From: Octopus vulgaris
Lineage: Eukaryota
DNA: 64,000 bases
Reading direction: 5' to 3'
NCBI GenBank assembly: GCA_951406725.2
Contig: OX597814.1
Coordinates: forward strand, 90,768,001-90,832,000
Part shown: positions 13,276-26,664 of the stretch, piece by piece
How positions within the stretch are numbered: the first letter of the stretch is position 1
How the letters are laid out: each line of letters begins with the position of its first letter
Notes under the pieces: model-generated
The model's input: the letters and a program-made list of their open reading frames with translations, nothing else
Database searches by the model: none
What the model was told of the DNA's origin: nothing
Position numbers and translations under genes: made by a program

Positions 13276-15899
13276 ATTGAATTGTACATAATAATATCCG
13301 ATAATATATGAAAACCTGCTCACAGTAAAATATTACTGTTAACACTAATTGAAACGTATCATTTCGAAGCGTCATACTAAGCTATGAATTAGAAAGTTAC
13401 TCCAAACTTTATCTACATATTGTTTTTTTCCCAAGCCGCATTTAAACGTTTTCACCCTCAAATTCCTATTGTAACTCTGTTAACCCTGTTTGTCCGTATG
13501 GACCAGGGACATCTTAAACTCTTTACAAAATATGCTCACCCCAGTTATATTTCTGGGGTATCAAATAACTTGAATGGAGCATACTTTATACCAAATTGTT
13601 AACGGAATTCTCATACCCAGGGCAAGGATGCAATGCGATAATTAAAGATATCAGATTTATTATATGTAGATACATTTATTAACAATTTTATCTACACAAA
13701 CTACCTTAAGATCTATATAGATAACGTCTCTCCTAGCTGCAAGTTCGACTGATATTTTACCATTCAAAATTTCTCAATAATTGTAGTTATGAATGAAAAT
13801 ATCATCGATATATATGTAACAACCACTAAACTATTTAAATAAACATATCATCTTCTGAGGGCATACATCATTGAGAAATCTAACCACACAAGAGATATAT
13901 ATTGGCCAAAGTTCTGCAATTATAACTCTTCAGAATGCTATTGATTTCTTTAAATGTTCTTCGAGCTATAGCAATGTGTAACTTATGGACAATAAAATTA
14001 ACCACCTTCTTTAAATAGTTTTTATTTAAACAATTAAAGTCATTACAGCTGCTCAAGTAAATAAAACATACGCGTTTGTGCGTTTGTGTGTTTTTAAACT
14101 TTTATAAACACAATATTTATAACTAAATATTCCTTCTTCATCCCTTGTCAAGTATAGATTATTGTACATTGTAGAGAAACCTACAGAAGCATAGTATATA
14201 ATAAAATACTTTTCAATTGTTCCCGCAGCCGTAATAACAACATTGAATGGATTATTAACAACATCCACAAATAAACAAGCATACCAACATTATACATATT
14301 ATAAACTAGCTGTCTTGTACACTAACATTGGATATCGACAAGGTTAAATCGTGGGAAGCATGACCACTGCTTACATTACTAATACAGGCAGCAGTGTATT
14401 GATACATATAATAGTACTCGTGATAAATCTCCCGTATGAGGCCTTATTAGCTGTGGAATCCAAAATAATTTAAGAGTTAACTGTATAATAGTCAATGAAT
14501 TTCAAGATTAATTCAATGGAAACACCTCACTTTGTGAGAACAACCTTGATGATAATGATTAACACTTGTGCTAGGTAGGTACTTAACTAGCGAATGGGTT
14601 AAACATGATCAACAAAGCATTTCTCCGAAAATGAGGTCCTTCCAAATTTCAGGATTACTTTAACTTTCACCTGCTTTATTAGGCTTGTTATATTCTCATT
14701 TCTGAGAACATTCTAGTCACGCTGACAAGCATTTTCTGCCTCACGAGTGTAGAATTCGAACTTAGTGGACCTATCTTGCCGATATTCGTTTAACACTGAA
14801 ATAAAGGAATCAACTCTGAACTATAATTAGCTCGTTAAGAACACCGCTTCTATATGCAAAGTATATTTGCTGTACAAAACTCCTCTTTATCATATCTAGA
14901 GTATTCATTTTACCTGTCGGAATCATGTCACATGTGTTATGCTATCTTACTAATGTCACACGAATTGCACGTAAGTAATCATATGATAAAGATGATATTT
15001 TTATAAATTCAAATCCCTAAGTACACACTTGTAATTATAGAGGCTGTGCTTACAAAGAGAATGCAACTTTTATCACTGCGTATGTCTAGTTTTATGAGAA
15101 CGTAAATGTCATGAATATCATTATAAATTTCCGCAATATGCCAGTCACTAATCCTAGGATGAAGATATCGTATATCTAGGGAAGTAATTTGAAAGAATAT
15201 GATCACATTATGATTAGATATACGAGGGTAACGTAATATAAGAATCCTGAAAATGCGCAATGCTACACGATGGAAACTTGAATTATAAAGGAGCTGTTGT
15301 AATATTGCTGTGCTCATTGGCATTGCTCTCATTGTTGTAAAAAATAGGTAAAAAATTTCTAATCCGTAGTCGTTCTAGGATTAAGCCAAAATGTATCGTT
15401 TTACGAGCTTTTCTAAACACTGAGGCCATTACAAACCTTTTCGACATTTGGAGTGTAATCTAAGAATGCTTCGTAAATATTTATGAGCTTAAGCTTTGAC
15501 TAAATCTCTTATCCTTGTTTATTTATCTAACATCATATTACTGTTCCCAGTTCATTTTGAAATGTTCAGCTTTGCTTTCTTTCTGTGATTCAGATCTCTT
15601 ATAAGCTCCCGTGCTAGAACCGAGTATATATAATTCTTCAAGTGTTCATAATTCACCAAGCTAACCATGAAAATTAAAAAGTTGATAAATATACTAATAT
15701 CACGTTACACGAAGAAATAAAATTATACCAAATTCAGGTCGGCAATTTATAATTTATCAACTAGACAACGTACAGCATACATACGCATCAGGAGAGAACA
15801 TTATAAAAAAACAACTGAAAGACTGAAATAAAAAATGAGGTTTGAGTTATTTTTCACAATTTTAATATTCATAACTTGTCCCTTACTGAACGATCAAAA

Positions 15900-18800
15900 T
15901 TTCGTAGGAAATCATGGGAAATAATAACCACATTCTGTATGTACATATTATTATGATAGAGTCGTTTTCAACAAACACAGGACACAGGTGTCTAATACTT
16001 CTAGGAAACACTTGTAGATCTACAGAACACATAAAAAAACATAGGGAGCAAAAGGGACAATTTATGGTCCGTGTCTGAGAAGACATAACAACAGTAACAG
16101 AGGAGCGAAGAAGGCATTTTTTCTTCTGCTAGAAACCTTCTGAACAGGCGATGTACCCTTGCAGTACTTCCAGCCAAAGAACATTTGGAAATTACCCGTA
16201 ATGCTCGTCTTGAATGATATTCCAGAATAGATTGCTCGGGCTGTCCTGAATTATTCCCATGTCCAAAGAACACTGTCACTTGATCAAAGTCTTCCGGAAG
16301 AGGTTAAACCACAATGTTGAAGCCAGAAGGAGAATAAAAATGTGCATTGCGGAAATTCTGGCTTGGGGAACATTCAACAAATCTGAACGTTGTAAAGTGT
16401 GTTAAATAGTCGACACTAATTTACATTTATTCATACAATCATATCTTGGAGTAAGCAGGATGAGAAGAAACTAAAAAGTGTAGTGTTACTTTCTTTGATT
16501 AACAGCAATTTTCTTAACTGCGATATATTTAAAGCCCCTTCAGCATGGAGAAAACATTCTTGAGAGTTATAGACAGTATTGTTTAATGGTCACAACTATA
16601 CTCTTTCAACGGTTTTGATTTTATACTCATCAAAGTGTTTGCTTTACTGCAGATATTTTCTGAACGAATGATCTCAAATTCACAGGCATAATCCACTGAA
16701 TATATTCCTTTGTGAGTCGTCTTTTCCTCTCTGATCGTTGCTGATAGGAGTGTGCTTTTTTCGTTTAAGCTATGTTTGTTTTTCTGTTATAGCCGAATTA
16801 ACGTGTAGCTCTGTTTGATTTAGCACCATTTCTGTTTATCTTTCGGTTGCATCCGTCGCTCTGTGCATTTGCTTTAGTTTTGGACCATACTATTTGCTCT
16901 TATGCATGTTATTGCTGTGGTTCCTTTAATTTTCGACCATTCTATACTATTAGAATTGTTGTCACTTGTTTGTTATTTCATTTGACTTGCTGATTGACTT
17001 GTAACAAACATTCTTTTCAGCATCCCTGTTTTTGTTACAACGAATGCTCATTTTGGGAAAGCGGGGTCAAATCGCTCTTTCTTCTGATCCACACATTGTT
17101 GACTTTTATGTTCGTTCTACGATATGACATATTTAGAATTTTTCAGGTCCTTTCCAGCATCTGCCTCTATTTAGACTCATTCCTGTCTCTACTTTCAAGC
17201 GTCTGTTATTTTATCTCCTTGTTGTTGTTAGAAATTCCTGCATTAGTTTTTTGTTTTTGGTATACTTTTAGTAGAAATTGTTTCTGTTTGCTGCTGCAAT
17301 TACTAATGCTTTTCTAATTAGAGTGGCTCGTTAGCTGCTATCTTCAGTGAAAACCGGCGATCGGCATCGGCATTCTACACGCATCTTTAGAAGTGCTGAG
17401 AAATGCCCACTCGAAAACTACTTTATCATATAAATAACATTTTGTATTTGTTCTCTCTACATCCACTCACTTCGACTTACAGATAAAAATTAATGGATGT
17501 CATAAACCTTCTTCATGCAATTAACATCTGATACACCAGTGACATTCTGGATCGCTTCCACTTCCATGTGGACCAGTATTGCTTCGCGTTTCTCTAACAT
17601 ATTCAAAATGTGTGGTAGGAATTTTGTGATCTTCAATTTGGACTGGAATAAAAATGAAATTAGGGAACTTGTAATTTGCGTCAATTATTTTGTCTTCATT
17701 CTCACACCTGTTGTGTACTATTACATTTACTATTATTAACAAATATTAGTTATTCGTCTTCCAGGTGTTCTTCGCTTTGTACCAGTCGAGAACTTGAACT
17801 TCCGCCCATTACAATTCATGCATTCATTGACACACGATGGCGCATCATGAATATGGTTTGACTTATCAGGAATGTCAAATCATTCCCGACTATGAAATGC
17901 CGCTCATAGATTCTTAATTGCTTTCATGTTTCTCTCGTTCCTCTGCGTTGATCATTCGATACTTGTGAGAACAACATGTATGAAATGACATGTGTCACCT
18001 AAAACATATGAATAGTCAAGCGGCAAGATAAATAACTTGGACTAAACGTTGTATTATCACAAAACTGATTCAAATCTTTATTGCGCTCATCATCGACGTT
18101 GATGTAAATAAAAAGCGATATAATTGTTACAGTATAACACTGCAGGAAAATCAAATTACGGTCAAAAATATAATTAATATATTGCAGTAATGTGAGCAAT
18201 ATTAATATTAATGCGAATATAGCAAAATATGTTATGAAGTACATATTAACATTTTCAAATAGATACTCACGTAGTGGCATCGCATTTAATTTGTATCACG
18301 TAGCATAAGGGGTGATAGTAATAGAAGATAGCCAGTTCCAAAGTGGAATTTCGGTACATATGGCATCAACCTTATCTCGCTGAAAATTAAATAACTACAT
18401 TTTTAAAACATTGGAACTGAAGAAAATGAGAAACGTTTTACCAAATCTCATAGTATTGCCTGGGAGAGTAGCTGAAAAATATTTTCTGTGAGCCAGGCCA
18501 AATTATCATCCTTGGCTATTTCTACGCAGTCATATGTCTTCGCAGTTATGTTTTCTCTGCTTCCGAAAATTTGCATGAGTTCACGAGGACCATTAACTGC
18601 TTCGATGTCACTAATATCAATGAATCCGAAAAGGCAATTGTTATGTCCATTCAAACTAATGCAAATAATAAATGAAAATATATGCATCGCAAATCTATGG
18701 AGTAACAACAAAGTGAATTTTAAAAAAAGGATCCATTTGAGTAATTGAATAACTTCATGTGGAACGAAAGACATGCTAATTCCCAAAGACATGCAACCAT

Positions 18801-19160
18801 GTTGCAGGTTTTACTGCTTTTGTCACTCTCTTCTACGCCTTTATTTGTTTTTATATTTGTTCATGATTGCAATACCTAAACTTCATCTCATTGTTACAAC
18901 TGAGTTATCTGTTTTATACCACACATCTCGCTGCTTTTGTTTGTTCACACAAATCTAAGCAGCGCTTCGGAATATCCCAGCTGCTGAAGGCGGAGTGTCA
19001 TAAAAACTTATATACCGTCACGGATTTTTTTAGGCACGTCGGCGCTCGTTACCCACTGGTGACCAGTGTGGCAGGTGTCGATATCCCTGATGTTTACTGT
19101 TGTAATATGCTGGCACATGAATTGTGGTGTGGCCAGGTGTGGCGCTATTTTAATTGTGAA
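15900..19160 (-). pseudogene. Possible heavily decayed multi-exon sushi/CCP-domain gene
   Basis: Exon-like blocks after AG acceptors give FVECSPSQNFRNAHFYSPSGFN (about 16310-16383), KCSLAG../KGTSPV (about 16145-16190), TW/SGSDPEC with a 1-nt frameshift (about 17540-17575) and TCHTGH (about 19060). All are interrupted by stops. Confidence 0.3.
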
Positions 19161-20152
19161 AATATATGCAAAATTCAGTATCACTATCACAAATCAAACA
19201 TTCTATGCAACACTCCCAGTATTCATAAAACGAAGCAAATATTTCTTCAAATATAATCCCATAGACAAATAAAATCCAGATAAGAGCGAGAAAACAAACA
19301 AGCAGAAAAACTGGAAAACGAAATATCTATCACTCATTTAGTTAATCAACAAGCAAAAACAACAGCATCGGAAAACTAGAAATCATTACGGAAGCAAAAA
19401 ATAATACAAAAAGAATATTCGAAATCAAAGAACGAATAAAAGACGAAATACTCGATAAATCGAAAACAACTATAAAAAATCAACAATGTTTATGTCAACA
19501 ATGCAAACAGCTTAAACGTTAATCAAAAACGATTTTTATCAATAGACAGTTTAGAAAAAAAGTAAAAAGCAGATAAATATAACACGTTGAACAAATGATG
19601 GAGAAGATTATGCAGTGCAAGGTAATCGTAATGTGTAAGATTTTACTTTAAATATGAGTTCAGCAAATGAACAATCGTGTCAATAAATAACAATACAAGA
19701 AATACCTGAGGAGTTTCAAAATATAAACCCATAGAATATCAAAGGAAGTGATATATATTTCAACTGGCACTCACAAAGCTATTGAAGGACGTTAATTTTT
19801 TTGAATTAACAAGAGTCATCACTTGAATGTATTCATTATTATAAGGAATGTTGCTGCTATATACAACTGAAAAAAATATACCTCAAATTATAGAGTCATA
19901 CCTTACATCCTTACAATAGAATAGCTGCAATAATCTATCAAAAGATAAATGCTTACATGAAAGAAAAAATCTTTTAATTGCATACAACGAGATGGGATTT
20001 TTTATGATGGCGATGATCAATTATTGATAATTAAAGTTAAACAAAATGTAGAGAAGAAAAAGGGGTCGGAGAATAGCATAAATTGTAAACTTTGTTCTAC
20101 CAGTGGTGTTTGGAAACAACAGCGTCACTTCCAATATAATACATCAAACATT

Positions 20153-20246
20153 CTTTCTCTTTTTTTTTACTCTAGGTACAAGGCCCGAAATTTTTGGGGA
20201 GGGGCGGTCGATCTAATGAATGTCTGACCTTGTGCCTAGAAAGGAA
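20153..20246 (-). mobile_element. Short SINE 3' fragment with 20-bp TSD and internal inversion
   Basis: TSD aatataatacatcaaacatt at 20133-20152 and 20247-20266. Contains ctaggtacaagg and the near-inverted ccttgtgcctag. Confidence 0.7.
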
Positions 20247-21332
20247 AATATAATACATCAAACATTGCCTGAATATAGGGCTACAACTTCTTAAGTTACA
20301 AAGAGAATGCAACAATAAAAAACAAAATGCATTTGTTTTAGGAAAAAAAAAGTTTGAAGTAAATTTGGGCTAAGGTCAAAATATGTACCTAAAATAATAA
20401 ACTATACTGGATTCGAATGAAAAGGAAAATGATGCTGTGATGGTGTGGGGGGGTCTGTTCTAACACGTAAATGCTAAACAACTAGAAACAATTAACTTGC
20501 CGTGCATTCAGCAGTGTAACTGATATGATGTTCACTACTGGAAAATTGAGTAGAAGAATCTCATAAGAACAGTAATCGGTGATAGATAAAGAAACCGAGA
20601 TGAGTTTCTTTAAGAGATGAAACTAATAACACCAAAGAATATAGAATAAAGGCACCGAGATTATAGAGATAGACAAAACACAAAATAATTAGTAAGAAAT
20701 AAATTATCTAAATAACGTACACCATACACAAATGACAGAAAAACAGAGAAAGAATATTATTGCATTAATTCTTGAATAGAACTAGGTAAAAACAAATGGA
20801 AAAATATTCTGGCTGTTTCAGTATAAAGATATAGTTATGATATTCGCAAATGAAACTCCAGTGAATTATCAAGATGAGACAAGAAAGCAAGTACATTAAA
20901 TTCTACACTTTGAATATAATGCCTTAAAGCTACATTAATATATTTAGTATGATAACTGTAAATTTCCTTTGCAAATACGAAAACAAATATACAGATATTA
21001 TCAACAATAGGAACACAAACATATTAAGTAGAGAATTAAAAAAAACAACGATGTACATAGATTAAAAGATAAAGTATTGAACAAACAAACAATTATTTTC
21101 GTCTTCAACCAATGTATAAAGTATAAAAAAGGGCGTGAGATATTAAAAACTGTGAAAGGACTGGGAAGAAAAAATGTAATATGTATAAAACAACTAAAAA
21201 TTCAAAGAAATGACGTTAATGTGCTGAGAAGAGCTCATTACTCGGTAAATACTGCTGAAATTGAGTAAAACGGTTGATAATAATGAAAATATCGACGAAT
21301 TGTTGAGAAGAAATGCTGCTGTCGTGTAAATA

Positions 21333-22612
21333 CGAGGGGCGTTCAATAAGTAATGCCCCTGACCCACTTGCAATTGTTTGATCTAGCTGAAATTTTGCAT
21401 GTGCACTTATTGATACCCCTATAGATTAAGTGGCGAATTGCAGCGAATTGCAGCTCTGAACTAATTGTGGTTTCTGATTTACAGGTGTTTGAACTGAGTC
21501 AAGTGTGAAATGGAGCCTGTTGAGTGTCGAGCAGTGATCTGGTTTTTGTATTTGAAAGGACGCACACCACGGCAGACTTTTGATGAAATGAAAGTAACTT
21601 ATGGTGATGATGCCCCATCATATGATCTAGTAAAACGCTGGCATTGTGAATTCAAATATAGTCGGAACTCTGTTGAAACAGCTCCCAGATCTGGTCGCCC
21701 CCTTCTGCCGTTGATGAGACGTCTGTCCGACAAGTTGAGGCTGCCATTTTGGAAGGTCAACGCATAACTATTCGCCAAATAGCCCATAAGGTCAAGATTA
21801 GTACCGGGTGTGTGGAAACTATCATTCATGACCATTTGCATATGCAAGAAGTGTCTGCCAGATGGATTTCCAGGTTGCTCACACCTTTCCAGAAGCAAGA
21901 AGGCGTTGAGTGCTCGAGGATGAATTTGGAGATGTGCCAAGAAGATGAGTCAAAATTTTTCAAAAGACTGATCACACAGGATAAAACCTGGGTCCATCAC
22001 TATGATCCATAGACCAAAGCCCAGTCAATGCAGTGAAAGCACCGTGACTCACCTCCTCCAAAGAAGGCAAGGGTGCAGCCCTCCGCTGACAAGGTTATGC
22101 TCACAGTCTTCTGGGACCAGGACGGAGTAGTGATGACAGATTTCCGGGCAAAGGGTACCACAATTACAGGAGCCTATTATGCTTCACTTTTGAGGAAATT
22201 AAGAGAAGCTATCAAAATCAAGAGGCGGGGCAAGATCAGCAAAGGCATCCTATTCCTGCAGGACAACGCTCCAGTCCACAACTCGCGTGTCGCCAGATCA
22301 GAAGCACAGGCGTGCAGCTATGAACTCCTCCCCTTGCACCCTCTGATTTTCACCTCTTCCCAGCCATGAAGTTGATTTTGAAAGGAAAGCGTTTCCCAGA
22401 TGATGCAGCCTTGATTTCTGAAGTCACGTCGTGGTTGGAGGACCAAGCTGGGGTCTTCTACAAAAACGATCTCCAGAGCTGTATCAAACGATGGGAGAAA
22501 TGCATAACTCTGGGTAGTTCCTATGTAGGAAGAAACTAATAACTGTGCCAAGTGTCGTTGCTCTACTGCTATGGGAAGTGGGTCAGGGACATTACTTATT
22601 GAACGCCCCTCG
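21333..22612 (+). mobile_element. Full-length (1280 bp) mariner transposon with inactivated transposase
   Basis: 37-bp TIRs cgaggggcgttcaataagtaatg(c/t)ccctgacccactt with 1 mismatch; TA TSD at 21331-21332 and 22613-22614. Confidence 0.95.
21510..22540 (+). pseudogene. Mariner DD34D-type transposase pseudogene
   Basis: MEPVECRAVIWFL..PRSGRP, ARWISRLLT, ITQDKTWVHHYDP, KVMLTVFWD, LQDNAPVH. Frameshifts, stops and a deletion in the YSPDLAPSD region. Confidence 0.9.
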
Positions 22613-23184
22613 TAGATCTGTTTGACATTTTAAGTCACATCACAGTCAGTGGGAAGACGTGTGGCAATGTAAGTGTACTATTTAAAACATAATGCCACGT
22701 TAAACTATATTTAATACAAGTGCCAATATGCAAATCGACTAGCGTTTAGTATGAAGGACCACGAGGGACAGTTTCAGGGTCATCAACAACAATGTCGTCT
22801 AATGAGTAGTAGTCAAATTTGTGACATAATATAAGAAGGTGCTCAGTGTAGACAAAAATTGGAGTTACAACTGTAAGTGTAAGACATAGCAGTTCTCATG
22901 ACCCGTAACGTCACAGAGCAACAGCGTAGTTGCACCACGTAGGGAGTATTGTAAACAATAAACCTTTAAAGTTTCTAACTGAAGTCAGATGGCCTAGCTT
23001 CTAAGGTTGCAGTAACAGTTTAGAAGCTTAAAAGGAAACACAACTACACAAATTATGACGTTGTTGAGGCTCAGTTCTAAAGAGACGAGTGAAACTTACA
23101 AGTAGCCTCTGTATATAATTATATATATATATATATATAATGATAAATAAGTTCATAGTTTAAAACTTGCAAAGAAGGTTTTGA

Positions 23185-23238
23185 AACCACCTGAAGAATG
23201 TCTCATAGAAGTGCTGACACAAAACGATCGTAGTGGTT
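23185..23238 (+). ncRNA. Type I hammerhead ribozyme, inactivated (GAAA to AAAA)
   Basis: aaccac-CTGAAGA-atgtc..gacac-aAAA-cgatcg-TA-gtggtt. Perfect 6-bp stem I and palindromic stem III. Downstream sequence matches the hairpin arms at 33032-33223. Confidence 0.7.
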
Positions 23239-23351
23239 ATTTTAATTAACTTTAATTTATATAAATTATTTTATGTATTGGCTTAAGTCTTTCTTTGTTT
23301 GATTTGCATAATAGTGGTTCTGTCTCTAATTTAATATAATATATATATATA

Positions 23352-23424
<73 letters not shown>

Positions 23425-23505
23425 TTATGTATGTATGTATGTATGTATACATATATATATATATATATGTATGTATATGTGTGTATATATACTAATATAT
23501 GTACA

Positions 23506-23548
<43 letters not shown>

Positions 23549-24089
23549 GTATATATGTATAAATATATATATCTATGTATATATATATATAAATATATAT
23601 GTATATTTATGTGTATATATATATATATATATATATTATCTCTTATTATAAAAGGCAGATTTTATCTGCCTCCCTTTGTATCTTATAGAAATCTACAATA
23701 TAGGATTTCTTCAATTACAATTTACCTAGCATTTTTCAGAGTAGAATGCATCGGGTCGTGCCAGGTCCAGTTTTTAAAATTTCAACCCCAATTAAGCAAA
23801 ATTTAGAGAAAACTCACATTGTGGTGTCTAAGTCAAATGCTTTTCTTAGTGTGGCCTACACCACACGCACACGCACACACACAGTGTGCAACGAATAAAG
23901 TGAAAGTAATTCACTTTTTGTAGTGAGTGACTCTTTCACTCTGCCACTTCCTCTTTACACACATAGACACGCAAATATATAAAAAAAATTGTAAGCTAAC
24001 GTGTGTGTGTGCATGTGTGTGAGTGTGTGTGTGTGTGTGTGAGGGTGCGTGTGTGTGTGTGTGTGCGTGTGCGTGAGTGTGTGACAGGA

Positions 24090-24767
24090 AAGTTTTTTAG
24101 GACGAATATAAGACCTATATCCAAGTAGCAGAAAGATCGCCCGAAAGTGTATATAGATATTTAAATGTATTTATATATTCATCTATACACTGATGTATGT
24201 ATAATGTGTGTGTATATATTTCCATAGAGGTAACCTTTCACTCCATACAAAGTTTTTTAGGACGAATATAAGATCTAAAGTATATACAAGTAGCAGAAAG
24301 ATCGCCCAAAAGTGTATATAGATATTTAAATGTATTTATATATTCATCTATACACAGATGTATGTATAATGTGCGTGTATATATTTCCATAGACGTAAAT
24401 ATTCGCTCCGCACAAAATTTTTTAGGACGAAAATAAGATCTAAAGTTATCTCTAAGTAGCACAAAGATCGCCCAAAAGTGTATATAGATATATAAATGTA
24501 TTTATATATTCATCTATGCACACATGTATGTATAACGTGTGTGTATATATTTCCATAGAGGTAACCATTCACTCCATACAAAGTTTTTTAGGACGAAAAT
24601 AAGATCTAAAGTTATCTCTAAGAAACAGAAAGATCGCCCAAAAGTGTATATAGATATTTAAATGTATTTATATATTCATCTATACACACATGTATGTATA
24701 ATGTGCGTGTATACATTTCCATACAGGTAACCATTCAATCCATACAACGTTTTTTAGGACGAAAATA
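24090..24767 (+). repeat. Helitron-internal tandem repeat, 4 x 160-166 bp
   Basis: Marker ttttaggacga recurs at about 24100, 24260, 24425, 24591 and 24757. Confidence 0.9.
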
Positions 24768-25013
24768 TTTATATATAAAAGAAAGGTTGTGTGTCTGTCT
24801 ACTCCGATTTAGATTCCTAACTACTCCCACATTTTGCGATGCAGTTTAACCCAAACCGGGTATCTTATAGTCGTGATTCATATCGAGCCCTTCTGGGTAT
24901 TAGCGCGCGTCTACAATGAGTCTATGATTTTACAAATAATTTACCATCATTTTTTTCCATTTTAATGCATACTTTTTAAATAAAGGGAAGTAACTCTCAA
25001 ACTTCACACCAAT

Positions 25014-25535
25014 ATGCGTGCTCATATGCGACGTAATATCACATCAGCAGCATTTCCTCACACCCTCCTTGCACTTGGCGAAGGCAAAATACCAGGGGAT
25101 GAAAATGGTAATATTGCCATCGATTCCATTTGTACCATTGTTAAGACGCCTTCTGATCTCAGAGATGCAGTGTTCCCAGATCTACAAGCTAATTATCAGA
25201 ATATGGATTGGATTGGCAAAAAGGCTATACTGGCCCCGAGGAATAAAACTGTTCACCATATTAATGATGAAATGCTAAAACTCATTCCTGGGGAAGTCTA
25301 TGTATATCAGTCTATCGATACAACTCCTGACCCAGAGGACGTCATCAACTATCCAATAGAGGTACTCAATTCCTTTGAGCACCCCGGACTACCACCACAC
25401 TTTCTCAAACTTAAAGTTGGTGCCCCTATAATGCTCATCAGAAATTTGGTTCCCCCAAAACAATGCAATGGCACACGTTTGATCGTTAAGTCCTTATCTC
25501 CCACCGTAAACTTATATCAATATTTGCCTGAATAA
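25014..25535 (+). pseudogene. Helitron PIF1-family helicase fragment
   Basis: MRAH..FPHTLLALGEG..KAILAPRN..IN..YQSID..YPIEVLNS..PGLPPHFLKLKVGAPIMLIRNL..CNGTRLIV. Confidence 0.9.
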
Positions 25536-26603
25536 TCATCATAATTCAGTGCAATCATTAACAGTACTTTCAAGCAATTCAGCCCCGAGCAACGCCGGGC
25601 AATTCTGCTAGTCTTATGATAAAAGGCAGATTTTCTCTGCCTGTGACTATGTTTGTTTTTAATACAATTGTACAATATAGCATTTCTTCAATTGGAATTT
25701 ACCTATGATTTTTCGAAGTAGATTCGATTGGGTCATGTCATATAAATTTTATTCAATTTGACCCCCAATTAAGCAACAATTCGAGAAAACTAAATATTTT
25801 ACGATTTACCTCTCTCATTTCAACTGCTTCACTCCTATTATCACACTTTCTCCTACTTTCTCTTTGCAAGTGTACCTTAAACCACTACTCAAAAAAATAC
25901 AGACAGGAAACAGAGACAAAAATTAATACATAACGATTTACTCCTCACATACTCATAGACACGCAAACATATACATATACTTTCTCTTTGTAAACCACTC
26001 CTAAACAAAAAAAAAACAGAGGAAACAGAAACAAATAAATACATAACGATTTACTCCTCACACACACACATAGACACGCAAACATATACACATATGACAG
26101 TGACAAACACAAACGTTTGAAACAACTACATACAAACACTCAAACACACACACACACACACACGTGTGTGTTTGTTATTAGTAAAAACAGGCGCCAAACA
26201 CAATTCACTTTCTCATTCGAACACATTTGCAAACACACACCAACAATTCACTGACATATAGTGAGTAGATGCTAGCCGCTCACATTATGAGTTACACTAT
26301 CACACCAGTTGTACTGGGTCTGTTGTCTACTTCCCGTTAGTTTTTAGTGTCGAAGAAACAAAACTTTCTCGAGAAAGAACAAAAAAAGCACTGCTAGATT
26401 TCACAAAGGTCTTTAAGAAACTTTAAGATATAAAGTATGTTCAGTTGAAGAAAAGAGACGGATTTAAGGAAATCAGACGGTCGATTTCAACAGAAAAGGT
26501 AAATTGGTTTTTAATTTACTTTCTGTCGCTAAGTTTTCGTAGTATTATTTTGTGAGCGTACTTCAGTTGTTAATTGTTGAAAGAAAGAAATTGTAAGCTA
26601 AGA

Positions 26604-26664
<61 letters not shown>

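Larger units (their letters stand above)
19260..23000 (+). mobile_element. Very degraded R4/Dong-like non-LTR retrotransposon, interrupted by a SINE fragment and a mariner
   Basis: Vestiges occur in the expected order: PSNYR (about 19880), DQLLIIK (about 20015), NIA*I (about 20262), DVHRL (about 21050), a CCHC-like region split by the mariner, and VDKN..DIAV (about 22850-22895). Confidence 0.45.
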
